DNA from: a virus
Lineage: Duplodnaviria > Caudoviricetes
DNA length: 62,400 nucleotides
IMG/VR virus record: IMGVR_UViG_3300024518_003383
Coordinates: 1-62,400 of that record
Reading direction: 5' to 3' (one strand)
Shown here: piece by piece, positions 45,625-55,735 of the stretch
Layout: each line of letters starts with the position of its first letter
Numbering within the stretch: position 1 is the stretch's first letter
Program-made: the position numbers and the translations under genes
Notes under the pieces: model-generated
Seen by the model: only the letters and a program-made list of their open reading frames with translations
The model's database searches: none
Told to the model about the DNA's origin: nothing

Positions 45625-45840
45625 ATGCCAACAGTAGGAACAACGAGCAGGAGGGTCGGCGAGGCAGCACGGAGCGTGCGCGAGGCGAAGGACTTGTCGA
45701 CGCGAGACATAGGCCGCGCGCTCGGGAGGTCGCACACGTGGATCGTCGAGCGCGAGGCGGGAAACCGCGCGATCACCGTTGACGACCTCGTGGCGCTTGC
45801 CGAAGCGCTGGACGTGAGCCCGCGGACGCTGCTCCCCTAG
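45625..45840 (+). CDS. XRE-family HTH regulator
   Basis: VREAKDLSTRDIGRALGRSHTWIVEREAGNRAITVDDLVALAEAL. Confidence 0.85.
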   Translation: MPTVGTTSRRVGEAARSVREAKDLSTRDIGRALGRSHTWIVEREAGNRAITVDDLVALAEALDVSPRTLLP

Positions 45841-46200
45841 GAGCGCCACGTTCGATTGTGAGGGCTTCGGCCCCGGCGGGCTCACACGGTGCCCCGTCGG
45901 GGCCTTCGCCGTTGTGAGGCCGCTACAGCGCCGCGCATAGGTCGGGGAGGGCGAGCGGTCCGGGTGCCAACCCCTTGAGACCCGGTGCTCCCCCTCCCCG
46001 TGTGGGCCATGAGACCCGGGGACACCGTATCCGCGCGGGCCGCCCGTATCAAATCGCGGGCCGGGCCGTGCGACTCCCCATCGCTCGACCCGGCCCGCTC
46101 GCGTTGCAATCCCGAAGGAGTCCCGACCCTCGCCCGCCGATCTGCCGCCGTCCAAATCGGGGATTTCGCCGCCCGCTTCGAGTGCCCATACCGTGTTCGT

Positions 46201-46668
46201 GTGCTGGGTCTCCGCAGGAACGAAGACGCGATCGGGTGGGACTTCGTCGAAAGCGATGATGGTTACGGCTACGATCTCGACGAAGGTTTGTGGACGCTCG
46301 CCGCGATCACGATCTTGACCGAAGCACCGGACGACACGAAGTCGGGGCCGGAGCGGTCGGGGTATTGGGCGGACGCGTTGGAGAAACCGCGGCGCATGGG
46401 CTCGCGGATGTGGACGCTTTACGGGGATGTCCTAACGAACACCGTGGTGCAGCGTGCGAAGCGGTATTTGTCTGAGGCCTTCCAATACTGGATCGACGAC
46501 GGGATCTGCTCGCGGATCGCGGTCGTCGTTGAGATAGACAACGACAACGATCGCCTGGATTTTCAGGTCGAAGCCTTCCACGGAGACGACGCCGCGCCGC
46601 TGTGGGTCGGGCACTGGGGGCACACGCTCGACGACGCCAACGGCTTGACCGTATTGGAGGCCGGATAG
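46201..46668 (+). CDS. Baseplate protein (Mu gp46)
   Basis: GYWAD..MGSRMWTL..AKRYLSEAFQYWIDDG; leaderless GTG. Confidence 0.9.
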   Translation: MLGLRRNEDAIGWDFVESDDGYGYDLDEGLWTLAAITILTEAPDDTKSGPERSGYWADALEKPRRMGSRMWTLYGDVLTNTVVQRAKRYLSEAFQYWIDDGICSRIAVVVEIDNDNDRLDFQVEAFHGDDAAPLWVGHWGHTLDDANGLTVLEAG

Positions 46669-46669
46669 G

Positions 46670-47764
46670 ATGCCATTCAACAGACCCACGCTTCGCCAAC
46701 TTGTGAAGCGCACCGTCAACGATGTCGTCAAGGCGACGAACAAAACGCGGGCCCTTCTCCGGTACTCTCCCGAAGGTGCGATCGCTACCGCGCTCGGTGG
46801 GGTGTCGCATGGGCTCCATGGCCACATCGTGTGGGCGCTTCGGCAGATGGTCCCGAGCCCGTCCACGGAACTCGCATACCTCAGACGATGGACGAGAATC
46901 CTCGCGGACATGGACGCGAAGGAATCGGACACGGCGTCCGGGTCCGTGACCGCGACGGGGGTCGACTTGACGACCACGCCAGCCGGCCATATCTGGCAGA
47001 GGCTCGGAGACGGGGCGGAGTATTCGCAGGTCGCAGCCGCGACGATCGAGAATGGCCAGATGGTCTTCGATGTCGTTTCGGTCGACGCCGGCGAGGCCTT
47101 CAACGTTGACGCCGGCGAAACGCTGGAGTCCGGTTCCGTAGTGATCGGGCTCGACCCCGAAGCCACTGTCGGGGATGCGGGCTTGACCGGGGGCACCGAA
47201 GACGAAACCGGGACCGATCTATATGCCCGGCTCGAAGACCACCTTCAAGCCCCGCGGGCAGGGGGGACCATCGCAGAATATCGGGACTGGGCGCTGGAGA
47301 TCGGGTCTGTTAGCGCCGCGACCCCGATCCCAAAATACTACGACCCCGGGTCGGTGCTGATCATCATCGACACGTCATCGGGCCAAGCTAGCGCCGCGCT
47401 CGTCGAAGAAGTCCGGCTTCATATCGTGGAAGAGCGGCCCGCCGTTGACGACGTCTATGTGGAGGCCGCGAAGCATGTCCTGCTCCCCTTCTCCATCGTG
47501 CTCGAATACTCGGAAGGCATCGAGACCGAAGAACAGAAGGCCGAAGTCCGCGTCGCTGTCGAGGCCGAACTGGACGACATGCTCGCAAGGGACGGGCAAC
47601 TCGCGGACTCTGCCGGCGATGTCACGACGATCAATCGCTCCCGGATCTCCGATGCGATCTCGAACGCGGCCGGGGAGCATGCGCACGTGCTAGTGCATCC
47701 GGCCGTTGATCCAGTTTACCAAGTCGGCGAGGTCCCGGACCGCGGCGCGATCGTGTGGGGTTGA
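46670..47764 (+). CDS. Baseplate J-like protein (Mu gp47)
   Basis: MPFNRPTL, GGTEDE and GGTIAEYRDWALE motifs. Confidence 0.9.
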   Translation: MPFNRPTLRQLVKRTVNDVVKATNKTRALLRYSPEGAIATALGGVSHGLHGHIVWALRQMVPSPSTELAYLRRWTRILADMDAKESDTASGSVTATGVDLTTTPAGHIWQRLGDGAEYSQVAAATIENGQMVFDVVSVDAGEAFNVDAGETLESGSVVIGLDPEATVGDAGLTGGTEDETGTDLYARLEDHLQAPRAGGTIAEYRDWALEIGSVSAATPIPKYYDPGSVLIIIDTSSGQASAALVEEVRLHIVEERPAVDDVYVEAAKHVLLPFSIVLEYSEGIETEEQKAEVRVAVEAELDDMLARDGQLADSAGDVTTINRSRISDAISNAAGEHAHVLVHPAVDPVYQVGEVPDRGAIVWG

Positions 47765-47765
47765 G

Positions 47766-48545
47766 ATGACGCTAGCGAAGGAAGAACTGGAGGCCGCCGC
47801 GCTCGCCGTGATACCGGCCGCGACTTCGTTTTGGGTTGGGTTGTTCACCGTCATGCCCGACGAGAACGGGGAGAACGGTACGGAGTCGACCGCGACAGGC
47901 TACGCGCGCGAAGAGGTGTCGGAGTGGCTAACGAAGACGGTCTCCAACGAAGACGAGCGCGCTGTCGTTCGGTACAACGCGGAGGACCACGTCTTCGACC
48001 CGATCACGGAAGACACTTTCGCTATGGGGTTGGGCGTGTGGGATGCGTCTGTGGCTGGCGTCCTGAAGTATTGGATCCCCTTCTCCGAAGAGGTCGAGAT
48101 CCCGACGGGCTCGGAGCCCAACTTCGAGGCCGGGACACTCCAGATCGGTTTCGGAGACCCGACAAATACCAAGCTGGAAGGATTCGCAGTGTTGATCGAA
48201 CTCGAAGGAACAACGACAGACGCGACGCCGATCGTGTTGGGGACGCTGCTCTCGCTCGTCGATGGCCAGGCGACAACGATCGTCACGACGATCACCGGAC
48301 AGGCCACGGGCGGGAAGCACTACTGGCGAAGGTTCGAGACGAGCTTTCACCGCGACGACGGTGGGCCGGGCTCGGAGACTTGGACGCTCCGCGAGATGAC
48401 GCCGGAGGGCAACGCAACGCGGGAAGGCTTCGTCACGGCTTCGGGGTCCATGGATCTCGATGTCAACGAAGTGAAGATCCGCGTACTTGGAGAAGCAGGC
48501 ACCACGGTGAACTGGAAAGTAGACGCGAGGGTCCGACATGACTAG
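47766..48545 (+). CDS. Putative tail/fibre-associated protein
   Basis: WVGLFT..P..G.E....YAR beta-domain typical of virion proteins. Confidence 0.55.
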   Translation: MTLAKEELEAAALAVIPAATSFWVGLFTVMPDENGENGTESTATGYAREEVSEWLTKTVSNEDERAVVRYNAEDHVFDPITEDTFAMGLGVWDASVAGVLKYWIPFSEEVEIPTGSEPNFEAGTLQIGFGDPTNTKLEGFAVLIELEGTTTDATPIVLGTLLSLVDGQATTIVTTITGQATGGKHYWRRFETSFHRDDGGPGSETWTLREMTPEGNATREGFVTASGSMDLDVNEVKIRVLGEAGTTVNWKVDARVRHD

Positions 48546-50031
48546 GCCGCTAGGCAAACACAACGAGGTCTGGATCTGCTTGGACACCGCGGAGCGGGAC
48601 GCCATCGTCGAAGCCGATGGGCTGAAGACCGGAGACCTAGCCCAACAGCACAAGACCACGACATATTGGGAGTGCACGGACGCGGCGTTGCAGACGTGGG
48701 TGGACTCGCTCGCCCCGGGTGCGGGCACCGTGCCGACGGACTCCGTCGACTCGTCGAAGATCGTGGACGCGTCCGTCGACCTCGTCGACATGGCGGCGGG
48801 TGCATACCTCACCGGCGCCACGCCATCGACAGCGGGGACGGCTGGCCTCTCGCCTGCACCGGGCGCGGGTCAAGGTTTCAGGAGCTTGCAAGGGGACGGG
48901 ACGTGGGACTCGCCGGCGCGCGATTGGGCCGTGGCCACCGCATACTTGACGGACGATCTCGCCGTATATCTTGGCGTGCTCTACCGCGCGAACTCGGCCT
49001 TCACTTCGGGGTCATCCTTCAACGCGTCCAACTGGACGAACCTATCGGCGGGCGCGGGTGTTCCGGTTTCGGACCATGCGTTGCTCGGGAACCTGCTCGT
49101 CGGGGACCCACACCCGCAGTATGCAATGCGCGACGGCTCTTCGTCTCCGATGACGGGCGACATGGACATGGGGGGGATTCACCATATCTCCAATGTGGCG
49201 TCGCCCGTCGGAGCGCAGGACGCCGCAACCCGCGAGTTCGTCGAGTCTCACCTTGGCGCCGACTGGCTGCACATGCGCGTGCTGTCGACCCAACCGATCG
49301 TGAGGAACGACCGCGTCCCGTTCGCTCCCTCGCTCGATGATAGTGGCGGCGGCGGGCTCGTTGTCCCCGATGCCGGTACGCCCGTGTTCGAGTTGAAGGG
49401 CGGCAAGGCCTATCGGCTCGTCTGCCACATCGCGGGGGACCTCGCGGACGGGTACGCATGCGACGGCGTCGGGAGTTCCTTCGCGTGGATGGACATCGAC
49501 TCCGGGGAGATCCTATCTTCGCCGGTCCTGTTATGGGCGTCGGGTGCGACCACTGGCTTCGGCGGGGACTCGCAATCCGTCATCATCCAACCGACGGAGA
49601 ATATCAACGTCGCACTTATCTCGCGGACCGATGCGATCGTGAGCGTGAGCGAAGGATCGTGGGCGTTCGTCGAGACCGTGGGCGTCGGTGCTGCCGGAGG
49701 GGACTCGCTCCCCCCGGTCCAGTCGATCGTCGTCGCGGACGATACCCCCGGGACGGATGTCGTCGTCGGCCTCGCCTCACTCGGGATGATCGTCGTGGAA
49801 GCGATGTTCACACAATCCTCCGGGAAGACCACAGTACACCGGGCGAATATCGGGATCAGTGCGACCGGGACGGGGCTCGACTTGCTTACCGTCCCGACCG
49901 ACAACCCGGTGCCCGTGTTCACTATCACCGCCGCCATAGTCGGCAGCGACGTTGTTCTCCGTTTAGTCGGGTCCGGGGCGGGGACATCCACGACGATGAA
50001 GTTCCGGGTCATGGACACGATCACGAGATAG
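48538..50031 (+). CDS. Tail fibre-like protein with a CBM-like module
   Basis: W....Y..D.AVY.G.LYR, DPHPQY and DAATREFV motifs. Confidence 0.65.
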   Translation: MTRPLGKHNEVWICLDTAERDAIVEADGLKTGDLAQQHKTTTYWECTDAALQTWVDSLAPGAGTVPTDSVDSSKIVDASVDLVDMAAGAYLTGATPSTAGTAGLSPAPGAGQGFRSLQGDGTWDSPARDWAVATAYLTDDLAVYLGVLYRANSAFTSGSSFNASNWTNLSAGAGVPVSDHALLGNLLVGDPHPQYAMRDGSSSPMTGDMDMGGIHHISNVASPVGAQDAATREFVESHLGADWLHMRVLSTQPIVRNDRVPFAPSLDDSGGGGLVVPDAGTPVFELKGGKAYRLVCHIAGDLADGYACDGVGSSFAWMDIDSGEILSSPVLLWASGATTGFGGDSQSVIIQPTENINVALISRTDAIVSVSEGSWAFVETVGVGAAGGDSLPPVQSIVVADDTPGTDVVVGLASLGMIVVEAMFTQSSGKTTVHRANIGISATGTGLDLLTVPTDNPVPVFTITAAIVGSDVVLRLVGSGAGTSTTMKFRVMDTITR

Positions 50032-50043
50032 CGAGACGAGAGA

Positions 50044-51162
50044 ATGAGCAAGCAGTACAATCAAACCGGCCTGGCCGGGAACGTCGAGTTGAGCAAGGGC
50101 GGCCCGCAACTGAACACCTCGGGCGGCGCACTTCAGGCCCGGAATAACGCCCTGTCCGCGTATGCGATCATGCGCGGACTCGATGGCGTCGCGGCCAATG
50201 ATTTCATTACGAAGGGGCAACTCGACGCGGTGTCGGCTGGCCTTCGTTGGAAGGAACCCGTCATTGCTGCGACCACCGTCGCGATCACGTTGGCGACCGA
50301 TGTCGAGAACGGCGACACACTCGACGGGGTCGTGCTTGCGACCGGCGATCGGATCCTGGTCAAGGACCAGACCGGCGTATCCGCGACGGAGAACGGGATC
50401 TATATCGTCGCCGCTTTGGGTGCTCCTGCTCGATCAGCAGATCTCGACACTGGCGCGTTCGCTGCGAACGCTGCGACCTTCGTCAACGAAGGCACTGTAA
50501 ACGCGGACGTCGGTTTCACCTGCACAAGCGATTCAGGGTCGGACATCGTCGGGACGGATGGGCTCGTGTGGGTGCAGTTCGCCAGCACGACCGGGGGGGT
50601 TACTTCGATCTCCTCCGTGTCCAGCGGCGGGAACGACCTCGTCAAGAGTGGAACTGCCCCGAACCCCACGATCTTCGGACTGAAGAACACCACGGAAGGG
50701 ACGCCGTCGATCACCTTCAATCCGACGGCGACGGACCTCGAACTCGAAGTGGCGTCGGCCGGCATCGTCACCGGCAAGCTTGCGGACGACGCTGTCACCG
50801 AAGGCAAGATCGCACCGCTCGCCGTCGCACACCAGCGCACCGTTACCTTCGGGTTCGGCGATGCGGGTAGCACCGTGAACATCGGCGCGGCCTTGCCCGC
50901 GAACGCAGTCGTGACCAATGTCTTCGTGAAGATCACGACCGCATTCAACGAGGCGCTTCTGGTCGACATCGGCAACTCCGCGACGCCGGACATGCTTATG
51001 GCCGACAGCGAGATCAACACCATATCCGCGGACATGTACGAAGGCGGGCGCAAGTACGAAGGCGCGGCCGCATCGACCCAGTTGATCGTGACCGTCGGGA
51101 GCGGGTCGGCCCCTGCCGCCGGCGCTGGCGAAGTCGTGGTCGAGTTCGTCGTCACATCCTAG
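50044..51162 (+). CDS. Tail fibre-like structural protein
   Basis: WKEPV..ATT..LDGVVLATGDRILVKDQT..ENGIY. Confidence 0.7.
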   Translation: MSKQYNQTGLAGNVELSKGGPQLNTSGGALQARNNALSAYAIMRGLDGVAANDFITKGQLDAVSAGLRWKEPVIAATTVAITLATDVENGDTLDGVVLATGDRILVKDQTGVSATENGIYIVAALGAPARSADLDTGAFAANAATFVNEGTVNADVGFTCTSDSGSDIVGTDGLVWVQFASTTGGVTSISSVSSGGNDLVKSGTAPNPTIFGLKNTTEGTPSITFNPTATDLELEVASAGIVTGKLADDAVTEGKIAPLAVAHQRTVTFGFGDAGSTVNIGAALPANAVVTNVFVKITTAFNEALLVDIGNSATPDMLMADSEINTISADMYEGGRKYEGAAASTQLIVTVGSGSAPAAGAGEVVVEFVVTS

Positions 51163-51180
51163 GCAAGAAAGCGCGAGCCA

Positions 51181-52092
51181 GTGTCCAAGCAATACGGCCA
51201 GACAGGCATAGGGAACCCGCTCGAACACGGAGTGGGAGGTCCCGTTACCCGCGTCGGTTCGGGCACACCTGAAGGGGCTATCACTGGCTCGCGTGGCGAC
51301 ATCTTCCGGCGGACCGATGGCGGCGCCGGGACGACGATCTACGCGAAGGAAACCGGAGACGACACCAACACGGGGTGGGTCGCATACGGAGCGCCGGGAG
51401 GGGGAGGCGGCGGCGTGTCGATCTCCGCGATTGATACGATCGGGTTCACAAACGTGCGCGGCAAATGGGAGTTCGACGGGGACCTAACCGACGACAGCGG
51501 CAACGGCTACGACCTCACATCGTCGACCACGGAAACCTATCTCACGCTCGACGGGAAGAAGGGGTTTTACAGCCGCGGCGCGACGGTGGTCGATGCCGCG
51601 GGCGGCCCGGGTAGTTCCGCGCTGTTGGAGCTAGTCGGCGAGACCACGGTCCACTGCCTTGTCTATATGAACGACTCTTTCCACCAAGCCGCCGCGTATC
51701 TGTGGAGCTACCAAGGGAGCGGCGAAAGCGAAGAAGCAAATCACCTGTACACGGTCGAGATCCAAACGACCGGGATCCTTCGATACTTCATCGAATACTC
51801 AGGCGGGAGCAACTCCCAAAAGGACTTCGAGGCCGGGATCCCGACGGGCCGATGGGTGCTCGTGACGATGACGCGTGACATCGCGGGCACGGGGATCAAG
51901 TTCTACTTCAACGGCGAACTGGTGGGGTCGCAAACAGCAAGCCAAGCCCCGACCGCTGGGAGTGGCGCGAGCGTGAAGGAACTTCGCTTGACTGAGTCGC
52001 TTTGCTACTACGGGAATATCGTTGTCTCCGAGGAAGAGCAGAACGCGGCGACAGTTCTCGCCGTAGCGCAGCAAGTCGGAGTGGCGGCGTAG
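51181..52092 (+). CDS. LamG/concanavalin A-like domain virion protein
   Basis: GTPEG...GDIF; WEFDG..D.SGNG; W....T...FYFNG. Confidence 0.75.
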   Translation: MSKQYGQTGIGNPLEHGVGGPVTRVGSGTPEGAITGSRGDIFRRTDGGAGTTIYAKETGDDTNTGWVAYGAPGGGGGGVSISAIDTIGFTNVRGKWEFDGDLTDDSGNGYDLTSSTTETYLTLDGKKGFYSRGATVVDAAGGPGSSALLELVGETTVHCLVYMNDSFHQAAAYLWSYQGSGESEEANHLYTVEIQTTGILRYFIEYSGGSNSQKDFEAGIPTGRWVLVTMTRDIAGTGIKFYFNGELVGSQTASQAPTAGSGASVKELRLTESLCYYGNIVVSEEEQNAATVLAVAQQVGVAA

Positions 52093-52093
52093 C

Positions 52094-52729
52094 ATGGCAC
52101 TCCTTCCGATCGGCGACTTCTTCTCGCAGCTTTATATTGCTGCGACCTCGCTGCTATCTGAGTTCGATGCGGACAATATCGCCGTCGATCAAGCCGACTG
52201 CGAAGCGATGTTCCAGAAGCTGGTCGAGCTTATGCCGCCCGGGGATATCCTCTGGAGTCGGGACCCCAACACGGAGATGGGGAAGATGCTCACCGGGTTG
52301 GCGGTCGAGTTGTGTCGCGTCCAGAAGGCGATAACGATCGCAGTCGACCGCGAGGCGGACCCGTCGCTCGCCGTCTACATGCTCCCCGAGTGGCAAGCGC
52401 TGGTCCAACTGGACGACGACTTCGACCCGGACCCGGCCGTCCGCCGTGCGGCGGTCGTCGAGTTGCTGAAGTACCGGAGCGGGAGCAACGTCGCATATTG
52501 GACGCAACTCGCGGAGGGAATGGGGTTCACTTCCGTGGAGATCAACGACCCGAAGGACCCCTTCCGGATGGGCGACGAGATGGGCCACGAGTTGAAGGGC
52601 GGGCAGTGGTTCTATACGATGGAAGTCGAAGCAAAGGGCGGGACGCCAGCGTCACGGGAAGCGCTGAAGAAAGCCGTCCGGCTTCGACTCCATGCCACAT
52701 GGTCGGCCGTGTTTAGTCTGTCGGCGTAG
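52094..52729 (+). CDS. Baseplate wedge protein (Mu gp48/DUF2313)
   Basis: LMPPG..W, EADP..MLPEW, R.AAV and Y..LA..MGF motifs. Confidence 0.85.
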   Translation: MALLPIGDFFSQLYIAATSLLSEFDADNIAVDQADCEAMFQKLVELMPPGDILWSRDPNTEMGKMLTGLAVELCRVQKAITIAVDREADPSLAVYMLPEWQALVQLDDDFDPDPAVRRAAVVELLKYRSGSNVAYWTQLAEGMGFTSVEINDPKDPFRMGDEMGHELKGGQWFYTMEVEAKGGTPASREALKKAVRLRLHATWSAVFSLSA

Positions 52730-52768
52730 CGTTTCGCTGGGGAGTCTTCGGGGCGGTAGTCTCCGAGG

Positions 52769-53974
52769 GTGCAACGGATCGTCAATCCCCCCGGGCGCGT
52801 AGACGCGGACAAATACGGAACAGGCAAAGACGGGTTCCAGGACGGAGACCCGGATAATCTGCCCCTTCCGATCCTCCCGTCGACCATGCAATCCGACATG
52901 ACGAACTCGTGGACGGAGGAGATCGCCGCGACCGTCGAGAGCACGGGGAGCGAACTCGACGCGGACGACGTCCACCAGATGGCGAGATGCGTCCACGGTG
53001 CGGTCGAGCGGTTGGCGATCTCGAACATGCCAACGCTAGGCGGCAACGGTGAGGAGAACATGAACACGGTCCGCCATGGCCGTGACCAGTTCGACCCGGA
53101 CCGCGGGTTGTTTCTCGTCGTCGGGAGTGCGGGCCGGGTATGGGCGACGGAGGACGGGGCGGTCTTCGAGACCTACGCGTGGTTTGACCAGTCGAAGGAG
53201 ATCACCGCGCTTGTCTGGTACCCGACTATCACTCGATGGGTAGCCGGCGGGCAGGACGGCGCGATCGGGTTGTCGACGAACGGGGACAACTGGGTCGAGC
53301 AGACAAATCCGAAGAGCGATGGTCTACAGGCGATGGCCTACGGGAACGGGGTCGTCGTCGCTGTCGGTGCGAATGGATGCCTGCTCACGACCACCGACGG
53401 GACGACATGGCAACCGCAAAGCGCGGGGACCTCTGAGATCCTCCGCCAAGTGACCTACAATGCGACCCTCGATCGTTGGTTTGTAGTCGGGGACCAGGGC
53501 GTGGTGCGGTGGTCGGACGGCGGAGACTTGATCACGTGGACGACGATCGATCTCCTCGTGACGACTCGATTCCGGTCCATCGCCACGCGAGCATCCGATG
53601 GCATGATGATCATTGTGGGGGACGAGGGCGAGGTCTATGCGTCGAAGGACGGGGTTACATGGGATGCGAACGTGGTCGCGTCCGTCGATGGCGGCGCCAA
53701 CGGTGCGCCCATCCTGCTCGATGTGGCATGGACTCGCGCGGGCCTAGCGATCGCTGTCGGGATTGAGCACTCGCTAGCGACGGGGGCGAGTCGCTTCTGG
53801 ACGACGACGGACGCGGGGAAGACATGGAACGCACACAAGCCGACGTTCGACGATCCGGACGACCGGCAGAGGTCGGTGGCTGTCGCGGACTCGCCCCGGT
53901 CGGTTGACCCGAATAACGGGGTGGTCGTGACCATCGGCGCAGGAGAGCGCGTCCACCATAGTTGGAGGATGTAG
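52769..53974 (+). CDS. Main tail fibre (Mu gpS-like N-terminus, beta-propeller-like repeats)
   Basis: DKYGTGKDGFQDGDP..N...EEI; repeated VG..G.....S.DG.TW. Confidence 0.8.
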   Translation: MQRIVNPPGRVDADKYGTGKDGFQDGDPDNLPLPILPSTMQSDMTNSWTEEIAATVESTGSELDADDVHQMARCVHGAVERLAISNMPTLGGNGEENMNTVRHGRDQFDPDRGLFLVVGSAGRVWATEDGAVFETYAWFDQSKEITALVWYPTITRWVAGGQDGAIGLSTNGDNWVEQTNPKSDGLQAMAYGNGVVVAVGANGCLLTTTDGTTWQPQSAGTSEILRQVTYNATLDRWFVVGDQGVVRWSDGGDLITWTTIDLLVTTRFRSIATRASDGMMIIVGDEGEVYASKDGVTWDANVVASVDGGANGAPILLDVAWTRAGLAIAVGIEHSLATGASRFWTTTDAGKTWNAHKPTFDDPDDRQRSVAVADSPRSVDPNNGVVVTIGAGERVHHSWRM

Positions 53975-53978
53975 CCCG

Positions 53979-54413
53979 GTGCATGTTGCATCGGACATCG
54001 TCGAGATGCTCGCGGAGGGGGGCCCGGTCTCCGTCGCTGTCGGGGCCGTCCTGTACATGCTGCTACACGCTCACCTCCGACGGATAGGCAAGCGCGTTTC
54101 CAGGGTTGAGAAGTCCGCGTCCGCACACAACGGCGAGGCGATAGCGAGATACAAGAGCCTTCGACGTGGGCTCGTTGCCGTCATGAAGAGATTGTCGAAG
54201 CGGATCGACGACTCCGTGGAGAAGAACACGGACGACATCCACGACTTGCAACTGGAGAACGCGAAGAGCGAAGGCGAAGTCCGGTCGATCATGACGATGA
54301 TCAACATGCGACGGGAAGGCATCGAGCCCGCGAGCAGTGGCGCAGCGGTCCCGAGCGAAGTGGGCGGGGACCATACGGAACCGCTGTCGATGCGCGTGAA
54401 GGCGCCGGGCTGA
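53979..54413 (+). CDS. Single-TM coiled-coil protein (holin/spanin-like)
   Basis: N-terminal hydrophobic helix followed by a coiled coil. Confidence 0.5.
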   Translation: MHVASDIVEMLAEGGPVSVAVGAVLYMLLHAHLRRIGKRVSRVEKSASAHNGEAIARYKSLRRGLVAVMKRLSKRIDDSVEKNTDDIHDLQLENAKSEGEVRSIMTMINMRREGIEPASSGAAVPSEVGGDHTEPLSMRVKAPG

Positions 54414-54450
54414 TTTAGCGGTCGAGCGGTCGAGCGTGTAGCGTTGCCTG

Positions 54451-54705
54451 GTGTCCAAGCTTCAACGCATAGACCTTGATCTCGTCGCCGGCATCGCGGC
54501 GTTCTTGCTGCTCATTGTTGGCCAGGCGATCGGCGGGTTGACGGATGAAGTGAGCGCGGTTCTCCTTACCTTCGCCATCGCTGCGATCGGCCGGTTCGCC
54601 GTCCGCCGTCGCAAGGCCGCGAAAGCGGAGGCAGCAGCGGACGAAGTGAAGAAGAGCGAAGAGGAAGCAGCGAAGGAAGGGGGCGACGATGTCGAAGCGG
54701 AATAG
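54451..54705 (+). CDS. Two-TM holin-like protein
   Basis: Two hydrophobic helices and a charged tail; leaderless GTG. Confidence 0.55.
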   Translation: MSKLQRIDLDLVAGIAAFLLLIVGQAIGGLTDEVSAVLLTFAIAAIGRFAVRRRKAAKAEAAADEVKKSEEEAAKEGGDDVEAE

Positions 54706-55060
54706 CCTCTTCGCGGCCCTGCTCGCGCTGTCGTTCCTTCCGGGATGCTCCGCGGCGTCCATCCCCCGCACGCTCGACGCCATCGAGACCGGCGCCGTCG
54801 CGCTCGATGTGGGCGTGGATAACCTGTCCGGCGTGTGCGTCGAGTACATGGGGAGTGAGGTCGCTAGATGCGAACGCGTGGCAGACGATGCCGAAGCGCT
54901 CGACTGTATCAAGCCCGCTCGCCAACGCGCCGAAGCTTGCAAGGCCTTCGTCGACGAGGTCGTCCGGCTGCAAACAGCGGTGGCCGAGAGCGTCGATAGA
55001 CTCCGCGAAGTGTGGCCAGATGTCGAGCCGGTCCTGCAAGACGCGGGTGTGGTGAAATGA
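54689..55060 (+). CDS. Lipoprotein (possible o-spanin)
   Basis: MSKRNSLFAALLALSFLPGC lipoprotein signal. Confidence 0.65.
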   Translation: MSKRNSLFAALLALSFLPGCSAASIPRTLDAIETGAVALDVGVDNLSGVCVEYMGSEVARCERVADDAEALDCIKPARQRAEACKAFVDEVVRLQTAVAESVDRLREVWPDVEPVLQDAGVVK

Positions 55061-55290
55061 CAGGGATCGCGCTCATGCGGGAGTTGTGGACGCACCGCGA
55101 GCTTCTGGCCCCGGTCCTGAAGGCGATCAAGGCGGTGGCATCTGCGGCCCGTATCACGATCGAAGTTAGGAAGCGCAAGGCGGACGGCGTCCAGCCATAC
55201 GACATTATCAGCGTCGACGCGCAGGATTTGATCGACGGCGGCCTCGAAGAGATCGAGGAGTTCGAGAACCGGAGAGGGAAAAGCAAATGA
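55057..55290 (+). CDS. Hypothetical protein
   Basis: ATGA-coupled. Confidence 0.55.
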   Translation: MTGIALMRELWTHRELLAPVLKAIKAVASAARITIEVRKRKADGVQPYDIISVDAQDLIDGGLEEIEEFENRRGKSK

Positions 55291-55733
55291 GCAAGTGGAG
55301 AGACGTTCGGACCATGACACCGATCGCGGATGACGCGGACTTCGTCGCAACGCAGACGATCCCGGCAGACTCGATCATGGAACTCGAAGACGAGAGCGAA
55401 ACCGGGACGGGTACCTATGGGTTCTCTTTCAAGGCGGTTCTACTCGACGTGAACAACGACATCGTTCTCCCGGGCTCGATGACGTTCGATGTCGAGATCA
55501 TCGAGACAGACGTCGTTACGGTGTCCGATCCCGCGGGGCCAACCGGGGCGACGAAGAACCTCCCCGTGATAGCGAAGGGGGACAACCGTGCAGGCGTCTC
55601 TGCATATTCTCAGTTTACCGCGGGCGGGCTCGGAGGCTCGACGATGTCGGGCGGCGTTACGGCTCGCATGACGAACTTCGCAAACATCCCGGGTGCCGCA
55701 ACGCAACTGGTGTTGCGGGGGCGCGAGGTCTAG
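55287..55733 (+). CDS. Hypothetical beta-rich protein
   Basis: Composition resembles virion proteins. Confidence 0.65.
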   Translation: MSKWRDVRTMTPIADDADFVATQTIPADSIMELEDESETGTGTYGFSFKAVLLDVNNDIVLPGSMTFDVEIIETDVVTVSDPAGPTGATKNLPVIAKGDNRAGVSAYSQFTAGGLGGSTMSGGVTARMTNFANIPGAATQLVLRGREV

Positions 55734-55735
55734 CC

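Larger units (their letters stand above)
43624..46188 (+). other. Accessory island inserted between gp45 and gp46
   Basis: Interrupts conserved Mu gene order; has its own promoter and operators; small non-structural ORFs. Confidence 0.75.

Noticed and set aside
47766-53974. Diversity-generating retroelement or invertible fibre switch
   Set aside because: No reverse transcriptase, invertase, template/variable repeat pair or flanking inverted repeats seen
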